64,000 bases of DNA from Mobula hypostoma. Lineage: Eukaryota. The DNA is taken from NCBI RefSeq assembly GCF_963921235.1, contig NC_086097.1, positions 245,832,001-245,896,000 of the forward strand. The letters are read 5' to 3'. Position numbers and translations under genes: made by a program. The notes under the pieces were generated by a model, which had not been told where the DNA came from, made no database searches, and was given only the letters and a program-made list of their open reading frames with translations. Shown piece by piece: positions 35,950 to 49,554 of the stretch. Numbering within the stretch: position 1 is the first letter of the stretch; each line of letters begins with the position of its first letter.

Positions 35950-38720
35950 TCACTTTCTTGCCCATTCTCCTAATCTGTCTAAGTCCTTCTGCATTCTACC
36001 TGTTTCCTCAAAAATACCTGTCCCTCCTCCAATCATCATATCATCTGCAAACTTTGCAACAAAGCTATCTATTCCTTCATGCAAATCAATTATATTCAGC
36101 ATAAAAAGAAGTGGTCCCAACACCGAACCCTGTGAAACACTACTAGTCACTGGCAGCCAACCAGAAAAGGATCCTTTTATTCCCACTCGCTGCCTCCTAC
36201 CAATCAGCCAATGCTCTAACCATGTTAGTAACTTTCCTGTAATACCTTGGGCTCTTAACTTGCTAAGCAGCCTCATGTGTGCCACGTTGTCAAAGGCCTT
36301 TGAAAGTCCAAATATACAACATCCACTGCATCCCCTTTATCTACTCTACTTGTAATCTTCTCAAAGAATTCCAACAGGTTTTTCAGGCAGGATTTTCCCT
36401 GAAGGAAACCATGCTGACTTTGTACTATCTTGTCCTGTGTCACCAAGTACTCCATCACCTCATCCTTAACAATTGACTCCAACATCTTCCCAACCACTGA
36501 GGTCAGGCTAACTGGTCTATAATTTCCTTTCTGCTGCCTTCTTCCTTTCTAGAGGAATAGAGTATAGGAGCAGGGATGTGATGTTGAGGCTCTATAAGGT
36601 GCTGGTGAGACCTCACTTGGAGTACTGTGGGCAGTTTTAGTCTCCTTATTTAAGAAAGGATGTGTTGACGTTGGAGAGGGTTCAGAGAAGATTCACTAGA
36701 ATGATTCTGGGAATGAGAGGGTTAACATATGAGGAACGTTTGTCCACTCTTGGACTGTATTCCTTGGAGTTTAGAAGAATGAGGGGAGACCTTATAGAAA
36801 CATTTCGAATATTGAAAGGCATGGACAGAGTGGATGTGGCAAAGTTGTTTCCCATGATGAGGGAGTCTAGTACGAGAGGGCATGACTTAAGGATTGAAGG
36901 GCGCCCATTCAGAACAGAACTGCAAACAAATTTTTTTAGTCAGAGGGTGGTGAATTTATGAAATTTGTTGCCACGGGCAGCAGTGGAGGCCAAGTCATTG
37001 GGTGTATCTAAGCCAGAGATTGATAGGTATCTGAGTAGCCAGGGCATCAAAGGTTATGGTGAGAAGTCAGGGGAGTGGGACTAAATGGGAGAATAGATCA
37101 GCTCATGATAAAATGGTGGAGCAGACTCGATGGGCTGAATGGCCAACTTCTGCTCCTTGGTCTTATGGTCTTAAAGAGTGGAGTAACATTTGCAATTTTC
37201 CAGTCCTCTGGCACCATGCCAGAGTCCAATGATTTTTGAAAGATCATTTCTAATGCCACCACAATCTCTAACGCTACCTCTTTCAGAACCCTAGGGTGCA
37301 GTTCCTCTGGTTGGGGTGACTTATGTACCCTTAGGTCTTTCAGCTTTTTGAGCACCTTCTCCCTTGTAATAGTAACTGCACTCACTTCTCTTCCTTCACA
37401 CACTACAACATCAGGCATACTGCTAGTGTCCTCCACAGTGAAGACTGATGCAAAATGCTCATTTCGTTCATCAGGCATCTCCTTGTCCCCCGTTATTAAT
37501 TCTCCTGCCTCATTTTCTAGCGGTCCTATATCCACTCTCATTTCTCTTTATTTTTAACATACTTGAAAAAACTTTTACTATCCACTTTGATATTATTGGC
37601 TAGCTTGCTTTCATATTTCATCTTTTCCCTTCTAATGATTTTTTTAGTTGCTCTCTGTAGGTTTTTAAAAACTTCCCAATCCTTCATCTTCCCACTAATT
37701 TTTGCTTTGCTGTACGCCCTTTCTTTTGCTTTTACATTAGCTTTGACTTCCCTCGTCAGCCACGGTTGTACTATTTTACCATTTGAGTGTTTATTCATTT
37801 TTGGAATACATATGTCCTGCACCTTCCTCATTTTTCCCAGAAACACAAGCCTTTGCCACTCTGCTGACATCCCTGCCAGCAGCTCCTTCCAGTTTACTTT
37901 GGCCAACTCCTCTCTCATACCATGTAATTTCCTTACTTCACTGAAATACTGTTACATCAGACTTTACTTTCTCCCTCTCAAATTTCAAGTTGAACTCAAT
38001 CATATTGTGATCATTGGCTCCTAAGGGTCCTTTTACCTTAAGCTCCCTAATCGTTTCCAGTTCATTACATAACACCCAATCAGTATAGCTGATCCCCTCA
38101 TAGGCTTAATGACAACCTGCTCTAAAAAGCCATCTCTTAGGCATTCAACAAACTCACTCTCTTGAGATCCATTACCAACCTGATTTTCCCAATCAATCTG
38201 CATGTTAAAATCTCCCATGGCTACCATAACATTGCCGTTTTGACTCGCCTTTTCCATTCCCTGTTACAACCTGTGGTCCACCTCCCAGCCACTGTTGGGA
38301 GGCCTGTATATAACTGCCATCAATGTCTCTTTTACCCTTGTAGTTTCTTAACTCAACTCACAAAAATTCAACATCTTCTGATCCTATGTCACATCTTTCT
38401 ACTGATTTGATACCATTCTTTACCAGTAGAGCCACACCACCCCCTCTGTCTACCTTCTTATCCCTCCGATATAATGTGTAACCTTGGACATTCAGCTCCC
38501 AGCTACAACCATCCTTCAGCCACAATTCGGTGATGGCCACAACATCTTACCTGGCAATCTGTAATATTGCAACAAGATCATCCACCTTATTTGTTATACT
38601 CCACGCATTTAGATACAACATCTTGAGTAAAGCATTTGCTGTCCTTTCTGACTCTGCATCCCTAATGATTTTGATATTCAGCCTATTGGCTGCAACTAAG
38701 CCCCATCACTTGTCTGTCCT
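35950..38720 (-). mobile_element. Decayed CR1 (EN plus RT) with a + strand CR1 3' piece inserted at ~36550-37170
   Basis: AITELWL, MGDFN, KSP, QHGF and FADD motifs across frameshifted ORFs; the host sequence resumes after the insert. Confidence 0.88.
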
Positions 38721-40057
38721 TCCTTCTATCTTTACTTTTTTGCTAATTACGTAAAAGTAGTATTTCATGAGTTCTGAATGACTTTAGGATGTTCTAGGAT
38801 TATAAAGATCAGCGTAATCTGACACATATACTGAAACATGCAGTGAGTTGCATCAAATCAAATCAGCGAGGATTATGCTGGGCAGCCCGCAAGAGACTCC
38901 ATGCTTCTGGCACCAACACAGCATACCCACAACTCACTAACCCTAACCGTGGGAAGTCTAGGACCACAGGGCATTGACTCAGAACGCAAGGTCATTCCTT
39001 TAGAACGGAGGTGAGGAACAATTACTTTAGCCAGAAGGTGGTGAATGTGGATCTGAGGAATTCTTTGCCACAGACAGCTGTGGAGTCCAAGCCATTGGGT
39101 ATATTTAAATTGGAGGTTGATAGGTTCTTGAGTAGAAAAGGTATCAAGGGTCAGAAACAGGTCTATTATCTACCTATTTATTTATTTACACTGTGCTACA
39201 GGACCATTCTGGTCCTTCGAGCCATGCCGCCCAGCAACCCCTGATTTATTCCTACCCTAATCATGGAACAATTTACAGTAACAGTTACAACTTTGGACTG
39301 TGGGAGGACACCAGGGCACCTGAAGGAAATCTATGTAACCAGCACCCCTGGCAGGGCATTCCAAGCACCCACCATACTCTGCGTAAAAATCTTACCTCTG
39401 TGATTCCCCCTTATACTTTCCCTCAATCACCTTCAATTTTTGCCCCCATGTCTAACTTGCTTTCCCTCCATTTCCATTTATACTTTTGTAAATATTCAGT
39501 TTTTATTATTGAACATTGGTCTCAAGTTATTGTCAATATCTGGAGAATTAATTGTCTTCCCTACTGCCATGATGCACCAAAACATTTCCGATATTTTTGC
39601 AAATAACTAAAACTTTGGATTTGATGAGTTATTTATCAAAACAATTCTAGGCATAAGTTGCCCTATTTGATATGTGATTTCAACAGCAGCCACCACCAGG
39701 TAGGTTCAGGAACAGTTATTACCCTTCAACCATCAGGCTCCTGAACCAGCGCAGGTAACTTCACTCACCTCAACACTGAACTGATTCCAGAAAGTCACTT
39801 CCATGAACTCGACAACTCATGCTCTCAGTATTATCTTTTGCACATTGGTTGTTTGTCATTGTTTTTGTATATTTTTTCATAAATTCTATTATATTTCTTT
39901 ATTTTCCTGTAAATACCTGCTAGAAAATGAATCTCAAGGTAGTATATAGAGATATAGATATACTTTGCTGATAAATTTACTTACTTAGGTATGATGAAGT
40001 GTCAGTTCTTTGCAGCTTCTCCAAGATGCCAGACGAGAAGTGCCATTTCTCTCTTGT

Positions 40058-40071
40058 CCAGCAGAGGGCAC
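40058..40071 (+). promoter_or_regulatory. Candidate CTCF site
   Basis: CCAGCAGAGGGCAC fits the CCASYAGRKGGCRS core and lies in a short non-repetitive stretch. Confidence 0.45.
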
Positions 40072-40430
40072 TGTTGCATCATGTAACCTGAAGACCAGCC
40101 TCTGCTGCAAGACATGAGCACACAAACACGCAAAAATCAGAGTCAAAGCCAGGTATAATATCACTGGCATATGTAAGTGCCGGGCCAGATTGTAAAGGAC
40201 AGGTGTCAGGGCCAGAGGCGAGGAATGGGCCGGTTCAAATCACTGCTCTGTGGACTCAATTTTGTGAGCTGCAATTCTCTATGCTATTCACTTATTTTCA
40301 TTGTTTATTTTTTCTTTTTTTCTCTCTGCACATTGGGTGTTTGACGGTCTTCTTTTGTTTAAATGGGTTCTCTTGTTTTGTGGCTGCCTGTAAGAAGGCA
40401 AATCTCAAAGTTGTATGAAGTATATATATA

Positions 40431-40700
40431 GGCATCCGTTAGTCTCATGGATTTGCGCCTTGGAAGGTTTTCAGGGCGCAGGCCTGGGCAAGGTTGTATG
40501 CCCATGCTGCAAGTCTCCCCTCTCCATGCCACCAATGTTGTCCAAGGGAAGGGCATTAGGACCCATACAGCTTGGCATCAGTATCGTCGCAGAGCAATGT
40601 GTGGTTAAGTGCCTTGCTCAAGGACACAACACGCTGCCTCAGCTGGGGCTCGAACTCATGACCTTCAGATCACTAGACCGACGCCTTAACCGCTTGGCCA
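40431..40700 (-). mobile_element. tRNA-derived SINE; same head as 2871-3154 but a different body and tail (tail also at ~12696-12785)
   Basis: TGGCCAAGCGG (A box), GAGTTCGAGCC (B box), then GTGTCCTTGAGCAAGGCACTTAAC. Confidence 0.75.
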
Positions 40701-41014
40701 TATACAGACTTTGATAATAAATGTGCTTTGACTTGACTTGAAATTTGTTGTTTTGTGGCAGTAGTACATTGCAAATTGTAATAAAAACTGTAGATTACAG
40801 TAAGAAGTATATTGGACCATAAGATATAGGAGCAGAATTAGGCCATTTGGCCCATCGAGGGAGAGAGAGGGAGAGAGGAGGAGAGAGAGAGGGAGGGGGA
40901 GAGAGAGAGAGAAAGTAGAGCAAAAGTAGAAAAACAGTAGTGAATCCATGAACGCTACTTCATTATTTTGATCTTTTTGTAATATTTATTTATTTTTTAT
41001 ATATTTCTATTGGA

Positions 41015-44000
41015 ACATATAGAAACATAGAAACATAGAAAATAGGTGCAGGAGTAGGCCATTTGGCCCTTCGAGCCTGCACCGCCATTTATTATGATCA
41101 TGGCTGATCATCCAACTCAGAACCCCACCCCAGCCTTCCCTCCATACCCCCTGACCCCCGTAGCCACAAGGGCCATATCTAACTCCCTCTTATATATAGC
41201 CAATGAACTGGCCTCAACTGTTTCCTGTGGCAGAGAATTCCACAGATTCACCACTCTCTGTGTGAAGAAGTTTTTCCTAATCTCGGTCCTAAAAGGCTTC
41301 CCCTCTATCCTCAAACTGTGGCCCCTCGTTCTGGACTTCCCCAACATCGGGAACAATCTTCCTGCATCTAGCCTGTCCAATCCCTTTAGGATCTTATATG
41401 TTTTAATCAGATCCCCCCTCAATCTTCTAAATTCCAACGAGTACAAGCCCAGTTCATCCAGTCTTTCTTCATATGAAAGTCCTGCCATCCCAGGAATCAA
41501 TCTGGTAAACCTTCTTTGTACTCCCTCTATGGCAAAGATGTCTTTCCTCAGATTAGGGGACCAAAACTGCACACAATACTCCAGGTGTGGTCTCACCAAG
41601 GCCTTGTACAACTGCAGTAGTACCTCCCTGCTCCTGTACTCGAATCCTCTCGCTATAAATGCCAGCATACCATTCGCCTTTTTCACCGCCTGCTGTACCT
41701 GCATGCCCACTTTCAATGACTGGTGTATAATGACACCCAGGTCTCGTTGCACCTCCCCTTTTCCTAATCGGCCACCATTCAGATAATAATCTGTTTTCCT
41801 ATTTTTGCCACCAAAGTGGATAACTTCACATTTATCCACATTAAATTGCATCTGCCATGAATTTGCCCACTCACCCAACCTATCCAAGTCACCCTGCATC
41901 CTCTTAGCATCCTCCTCACTGCTAACACTGCCACCCAGCTTCGTGTCATCCGCAAACTTGGAGATGCTGCATTTAATTCCCTCATCCAAGTCATTAATAT
42001 ATATTGTAAACAACTGCGGTCCCAGCACTGAGCCTTGCGGTACCCCACTAGTCACCACCTGCCATTCTGAAAAGGTCCCGTTTATTCCCACTCTTTGCTT
42101 CCTGTCTGCTAACCAATTCTCTATCCACTTCAATACCTTACCCCCAATACCGTGTGCTTTAAGTTTGCACACTAATCTCCTGTGTGGGACCTTGTCAAAA
42201 GCCTTTTGAAAATCCAAATATACCACATCCACTGGTTCTCCCCTATCCACTCTACTAGTTACATCCTCAAAAAATTCTATGAGATTCGTCAGACATGATT
42301 TTCCTTTCACAAATCCATGCTGACTTTGTCCGATCATTTCACCGCTTTCCAAATGTGCTGTTATCACATCCTTGATAACTGACTCCAGCAGTTTCCCCAC
42401 CACCGACGTTAGGCTAACCGGTCTATAATTCCCCGGTTTCTCTCTCCCTCCTTTTTTAAAAAGTGGGGTTACATTAGCCACCCTCCAATCTTCAGGAACT
42501 AGTCCAGAATCTAATGAGTTTTGAAAAATTATCACTAATGCATCCACTATTTCTTGGGCTACTTCCTTAAGCACTCTAGGATGCAGACCATCTGGCCCTG
42601 GGGATTTATCTGCCTTCAATCCCTTCAATTTACCTAACACCACTTCCCTACTAACATGTATTTCACTCAGTTCCTCCATCTTACTGGACCCTCTGTCCCT
42701 TACTATTTCTGGAAGATTATTTATGTCCTCCTTAGTGAAGACAGAACCAAAGTAATTATTCAATTGGTCTGCCATGTCCTTGCTCCCCATAATCAATTCA
42801 CCTGTTTCTGTCTGCAGGGGACCTACATTTGTCTTTACCAGTCTTTTCCTTTTTACATATCTATAAAAGCTTTTACAGTCCGTTTTTATGTTCCCTGCCA
42901 GTTTTCTCTCATAATCTTTTTTCCCCTTCCTAATTAAGCCCTTTGTCCTCCTCTGCTGAACTCTGAATTTCTCCCAGTCCTCAGGTGAGCCACTTTCTCT
43001 GGCTAATTTGTATGCTTCTTCTTTGGAATTGATACTATCCCTAATTTCTCTTGTCAGCCACGGGTGCACTACCTTCCTTGATTTATTCTTTTGCCAAACT
43101 GGGATGAACAATTGTTGTAGTTCATCCATGCAACCTTTAAATGCTTGCCATTGCATATCCACCGTCAATCCTTTAAGTGTCATTTGCCAGTCTGTCTTAG
43201 CTAATTCACGTCTCATACCTTCAAAGTTACCGCTCTTTAAGTTCAGAACCTTTGTTTCTGAATTAACTATGTCACTCTCCATCTTAATGAAGAATTCCAC
43301 CATATTATGGTCACTCTTGCCCAAGGGGCCTCTCACGACAAGATCGCTAATTAACCCTTCCTCATTGCTCAAAACCCAGTCCAGAATAGCCTGCTCTCTA
43401 GTTGGTTCCTCGACATGTTGGTTCAAAAAACCATCCCACATACATTCCAAGAAATCCTCTTCCTCAGCACCTTTACCAATTTGGTTCACCCAGTCAACAT
43501 GTAGATTGAAGTCACCCATTATAACTGCTGTTCCTTTATTGCACACATTTCTAATTTCCTGTTTAATACCATCTCCGACCTCACTACTGCTGTTAGGTGG
43601 CCTGTACACAACTCCCACCAGCATCTTCTGCCCCTTAGTGTTATGCAGCTCTACCCATATCGATTCCACATCTTCCCGGCTTATGTCCTTCCTTTCTATT
43701 GCGTTAATCTCTTCTTTAACTAGCAACGCCACCCCACCTCCCCTTCCTTCATGTCTATCCCTCCTGAATATTGAATATCCCTGAACGTTGAGCTCCCATC
43801 CCTGGTCACCGTCTGTGATCCCAACTATATCATAATCATTAATAACAATCTGCACTTTCAATTCATCCACCTTATTACGAATGCTCCTTGCATTGACACA
43901 TAAGCCTTCAGGCGCTCTTTTACAACTCTCTTAGCCCTTATACAATTATGTTGAAAAGTGGCCCTTTTTAATGCTTGCCCTGGATTTGTCAGCCTGCCAC

Positions 44001-45000
44001 TTTTACTTTTCTCCTTTGTACTTTTTGCTTCTACCCTCACTTTACACCCCTCTGTCTCTCTGCACTGGTTCCCATCCCTCTGTTGTGAACTAACCTCCTC
44101 ACGCCTAGCCTCTTTAATTTGATTCCCACCCCCCAACCATTCTAGTTTAAAGTCACCTCAGTAGCCCCCGCTAATCTCCCTGCCAGGATATTGGTCCCCC
44201 TAGGATTCAAGTGTAACCCGTCCTTTTTGTACAGGTCACGCCTGCGCCAAAAGAGGTCCCAATGATCCAAAAACTTGAATCCCTGGCCCCTGCTCCAATC
44301 CCTCAGCCACGCATTTATCCTCCACCTCATCGCATTCCTACTCTCACTGTCGCGTGGCACAGGCAGTAATCCCGAGATTACTACCTTTGCGGTCCTTTTT
44401 CTCAACTCCCTTCCTATATTCTCCTTTCAGGACCTCATCCCTTTTCCTACCTATGTCATTGGTACCTATATGTACCACGACCTCTAGCTCCTCACCCTCC
44501 CACTTCAGGATATCTTGGACACGATCAGAAATATCCCGGACCCTGGCACCAGGGAGGCAAACTACCATCCGGGTCTCTGGACTGCGTCCACAGAATCGCC
44601 TATCTGACCCCCATACTATCGAGTCCCCTATCACAACTGCCCTCCTCTTCCTTGCCCTACCCTTCTGAGCTACAGGGCCAGACTCTGTGCCGGAGGCAGG
44701 GCCACTGTCGCTTCCCCCGGGTAAGCTGTCCCCCCCAACAGTACTCAAACAGGAGTACCTGTTGTTAAGGGGCACAGCCACTGGGGTACTCCCCATCACC
44801 TGACTTTTCCCCTTCCCCCTCCTAACCGTGACCCACTTGTCTGCCTCCCGTGGCCCCGGCGTGACCACCTGCCTTCCACTCCTCTCTATCACCTCCTCAC
44901 TCTCCCTGACCAGATGAAGGTCATCGAGCTGCAGCTCCAGTTCCCTAACGCGGTCCCTTAGGAGCTGCATCTTGATGCACTTGGTGCAGATGTAGACGTC
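41015..45000 (-). mobile_element. Near full-length young CR1 LINE: ORF1 (SGNH esterase, frameshifted) and ORF2 (APE endonuclease plus RT, 917-aa open stretch 41117-43870)
   Basis: ORF1 motifs VIGDSI, LPGARV, HIGTND, DGLHLN; ORF2 motifs [35 protein letters not shown]. (TTCTATGT)n tail at ~41015-41040. Confidence 0.96.
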
Positions 45001-45095
45001 TAGTGTCTTTATTACGTATTGCACTGTACAGCTGCCACAAAACAACAAATATTACAACATAAGTCAGTGATAATAAACCTGCTTCAGATTCTGAG

Positions 45096-45284
45096 ACAAA
45101 AGCGATTCTACGGATGCTGGAACCCCAGAGTAACACGCACAAAATGCAGGAGGAACTCAGTGGGTGAGGCAGCATCCATGGAGGGGAATAAGCAGCCGAT
45201 GTTTCAGTCCTGATGAAGCGTCTGGCCCGAATCATTCTCTCCCTCCATAGATCTTGCCTGACCCACTGAGTTCCCTCCGCATTT

Positions 45285-45290
<6 letters not shown>
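45096..45290. mobile_element. Fold-back (inverted) Penelope-type short repeat with a degenerate hammerhead core; similar at 28010-28185, single arm at 33490-33617
   Basis: Arms 45136-45187 and 45240-45290 are inverted; CAGTC-CTGATGA at 45205-45216. Confidence 0.65.
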
Positions 45291-45635
<345 letters not shown>

Positions 45636-46049
45636 TACAAGCCTGGCTTTGCACACTGGGGTACCCCCTCCCTCACCTGCCCACTACCTGCTGCTCAACC
45701 CTCCCAACCACCCACCTCAGACCCACCTTTCCCTTGACCTCTTCACTCGCCCGCCCAACACCTTCTCTCCACCATCCTGCCCTGAACCAGACGTCCCTCC
45801 GTCCCAACTCTAATCACTCCCACCACTTCACCCCTTTGACCCTCATATTTCCTTTTGCAACAACGGGCATTTGGCCCATCGGATTGAAGCCAGCTCACAA
45901 AGCAACCCCATCAACCCCACACACTCCTCTCACTTCTAATTCTCTCACGTGCCCACCAAACTACCCAAGCGGGTATTTTAGAGTCACCAATGAACAGCAC
46001 GTACTTGGAAAGCAACTGGAACGCTGCTGGAATCCATGGAACAGTTCAT

Positions 46050-46620
46050 ACAAGCTGTTACATTCGCCCTGAGGTAATGCGGCAGCTCTGTATAACCCTG
46101 CCAACACCACAATTGGAATATTGTGTTCAGTTCAGTTCTGGTCACCTCATTACTGAAAGAGCGTGGAAGCTTTAGAGACGGGGCAGAGGAGATTTACAGG
46201 CTGCCGCCTGGATTAGAGAGCATGTCCTATGAGGATAGGATTTAGCAAGGTAGGACTTCTCTCTTTGGAGTAAAGGAGGATGAGAGGTGTTTAAAAGGTG
46301 ATAAGAGGTATAGATAGAGTGGGCAGCCAGACACTTTTTCCCAGGATAGAGATGGCGAATACAAGTGGCCGTAATTTTAAAGTGGTTGGAGGAAGGTATG
46401 GGGGGATGTCGGAGGTTTTTTCTTACACAGAGGGCGGTGAGTTTGTGTAGCGCCCTGCCAAGGCAAAATGTATTCGTGGTATTTAAGAAACTCCTAGAAA
46501 AATGATAGAAAAATGGAGGGCTATGTAGTAGGGAAGGGTTAGGTTGATCTTAGAGTAGGTTAAAAGGTTGGCATAAAATTGTGGTTCCAAAGGGCTTGTA
46601 CTATGCTGAGGTATTAAAAG
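46050..46620 (+). mobile_element. Decayed CR1 3' fragment
   Basis: QLEYCVQF.. and downstream ORF2/3' UTR similarity. Confidence 0.75.
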
Positions 46621-46622
46621 TT

Positions 46623-47470
46623 AGTCATAGTCATAGTCATACTTTATTGATCCCAGGGGGAAATTGGTTTTTGTTACAGTTGCACCATAAATAATAAATA
46701 GTAATAGAACCATAAATAATTAAATAGTAATATGTAAATTATGCCAGGAAATAAGTCCAGGACCAGCCTATTGGCTCAGGGTGTCTGACTCCAAGGGAGG
46801 AGTTGTAAAGTTTGATGGCCACAGGCAGGAATGACTTCCTATGACGCTCTGTGTTGCATCTCGGTGGAATGAGTCTCTGGCTGAATGTACTCCTGTGCCC
46901 ACCCAGTACATTATGTAGTGGATGGGAGACATTGTCCAAGATGGCATGCAACTTAGACAGCATCTTCTTTTCAGACACCACCGTCAGAGAGTCCAGTTCC
47001 ATCCCCACAACATCACTGGCCTTACGAATGAGTTTGTTGATTCTGTTGGTGTCTGCTACCCTCAGCCTGCTGCCCCAGCACACAACAGCAAACATGATAG
47101 CACTGGCCACCACAGACTCGTAGAACATCCTCAGCATCGTCCGACAGATGATAAAGGACCTCAGTCTCCTCAGGAAATAGAGACGGCTCTGACCCTTCTT
47201 GTAGACAGCCTCAGTGTTCTTTGACCAGTCCAGTTTATTGTCAATTCGTATCCCCAGGTATTTGTAATCCTCCACCATGTCCACACTGACCCCCTGAATG
47301 GAAACAGGGGTCACCGGTACCTTAGCTCTCCTCAGGTCTACGACCAGCTCCTTAGTCTTTTTCACATTAAGCTGCAGATAATTCTGCTCACACCATGTGA
47401 CAAAGTTTCCCACCGTGGCCCTGTACTCAACCTCATCTCCCTTGCTGATGCATCCAACTATGGCAGAGTT
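46623..47470 (-). mobile_element. Rex1/Babar-type non-LTR retrotransposon 3' part (young)
   Basis: ORF 46739-47413 LQLNVKKTKELVVD...YKYLG...QSRLYFLRRLRSF...FYESVVAS..VCWG; AATAAA then (ATGACT)n tail. Confidence 0.85.
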
Positions 47471-47479
47471 CTATGTTCT

Positions 47480-49545
47480 GTGGACAGGTTGCACCTGAAC
47501 CCGAGGGGAACCAGTATTCTCATAGGCAGCTTTGTTAGAGCTGCTGGGGAGGGTTTAAACTAATTTGGCAAGGGGGTGGGAACCAGAGAGAAGAGACTCA
47601 GGAAAGGACAAATGGTATAAAAGCAAAGATAGTGTGCAATCAGACTGGTAGGAAGGACAGGCAGATGATAGGACAAAGTTGCAGCTGGCAGGGTGAGATT
47701 AGAGATGCAGAATCAAAAAGGGTAACAAATGCAGCACTCAAAGTGTTATATCTCAATGCATGGAGTATACGAAATAAGGTGGATGATCTTGTTGCACTAT
47801 TACAGATTGCCAGGTATGATGTTGTGGCCATCACTGAATTGTGGCTGAAGGATGGTTGTAGCTGGGAGCTGAATGTCCAAGGTTACACATTGTATCAGAG
47901 GGATAGGAAGGTAGGCAGAGGGTGTGGTGTGGCTCTGCTGGTAAAGAATGGCATCAAATCAGTAGAAAGATGTGATTTAGGATAAAAGGATGTTGAATCC
48001 TTTTGGGTTAGGTTGAGAAACTGCAAGGGTAAAAGGGCCCTGTTGGCAGTTATGTGCAGGCCTTCAAACAGAAGCTGGGATGTGGACCCCAGATTACAAT
48101 GGGAAATAGAAAAGGCTTGTCAAAAGGTTGACAAGCAATGTTATAACAGTCATGGGAGATTTCCACATGCAGGTCGATTGGGAAAATCAGGTTGGATATG
48201 GATCTCAAGAAAGTGAATTTGTTGAATGCCTACAAGATGGTATTTGTCGTTGAGCCTACTAGGGGATCAGCTGTACTGGATTGGGTGTTTTATAATGAAC
48301 TGGAGGTGATTAGGGAGCTTAAGGTAAAAGAACCCTTAGGAGCCAGTGATCACAATATGATTGTGTTCAACTTGAAATTTGATAGGGAGGAAGCAAAGTC
48401 TGATGTAGCAGTATTTCAGTGGAGTAAGGGAAATTACAGCAGTCTGAGAGAGGAGTTGGCCAAAATAAATTGGAAGGTGATGCTGGCAGGGATGTCAGCA
48501 GAGCAGCAATGGCTTAGGTTTCTGGGAAAAATAAGGATGGTGCAGAATAGATCCATTCCAAAAACAAAGAAATATTCACATGGCAAAATAGTACAACCAG
48601 GGTGACAAGGGAAGTCAAAGCTAATGTAACAGCAAAAGAAAGGTCATACACAAAGTAAAAATTAATGGGAAAACTAATGGATGTTATATATTTGGACTTT
48701 CAGAAGGCCTTTGCCAAGATGCCAGACATGAGGCTCTTACCAAGTTAAGAGCCCATGGTATTACAGGAAAGTTACTAAGATGGTTAGAGCATTGGCTGAT
48801 TAGTAGGAGACAGTAAGTAGGAATAAAAGGATCCTCTTCTGGTTGGCTGCCAGTGACTAGTGGTGTTCCACGAGGGTTGGTGTTGGGACCACTTCTTTTT
48901 ATCAATGATTTACATGATGGAATAGATGGCTTTGTAGCCAAGTTTGCGGATGATACAAAGGTTGGTGGAGGGGCAGGTAGTGTTGCGGAAACAGGTAGGA
49001 TGCAGAAGGACTGAGACAGTTTAGGACAATGGGCAAGAGAGTGGCAAATTAAATACAATGTTGGAAAATCTATGGTCATGCACTTTGCTAGAAGAAATAA
49101 ATGTACAGACTATTTTCTAAAAGGGGAGAAATTCCACAAACCTGAGATGCAAAGGGACTTGGGAGTCCTTGTGCAAACCAACTTAAAGGTTAAGGCAAAT
49201 GCCAGGTTAGCATTCATTTCAAGAGGTCTAGAATACAAGAGCAGGGATGTGATGCTGAGGCTTTATAAGGCACTGCTGAGGCCTCACCTTGGGTACTCTG
49301 AACAGTTTTGGGATCCTCATCTAAGAAAAGATGTGCTGGCATTGGAGAGGGTTCAGAGGAAGTTCACAAGGATGATTCCAGGAATGAACGGGTTATCATA
49401 TGAGGTATGTTTGATAGCTCTGGGCCTGTACTCACTGGAATTTAGAAGGATGAGTGGGGATCTCATTGAAACCTTTCGAATGATGAAAAGACTAGACAGA
49501 GTAGGTATGGAAAGGATGTTTCCCGTGGTGGGGGAGTCTAGGTTA
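47480..49545 (+). mobile_element. Decayed CR1 (EN, partial RT, 3' part)
   Basis: LKVLYLNAWSIRNK, AITELWL, SDH, FADDTK; broken frames. Confidence 0.88.
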
Positions 49546-49554
49546 GTCTGTCAA

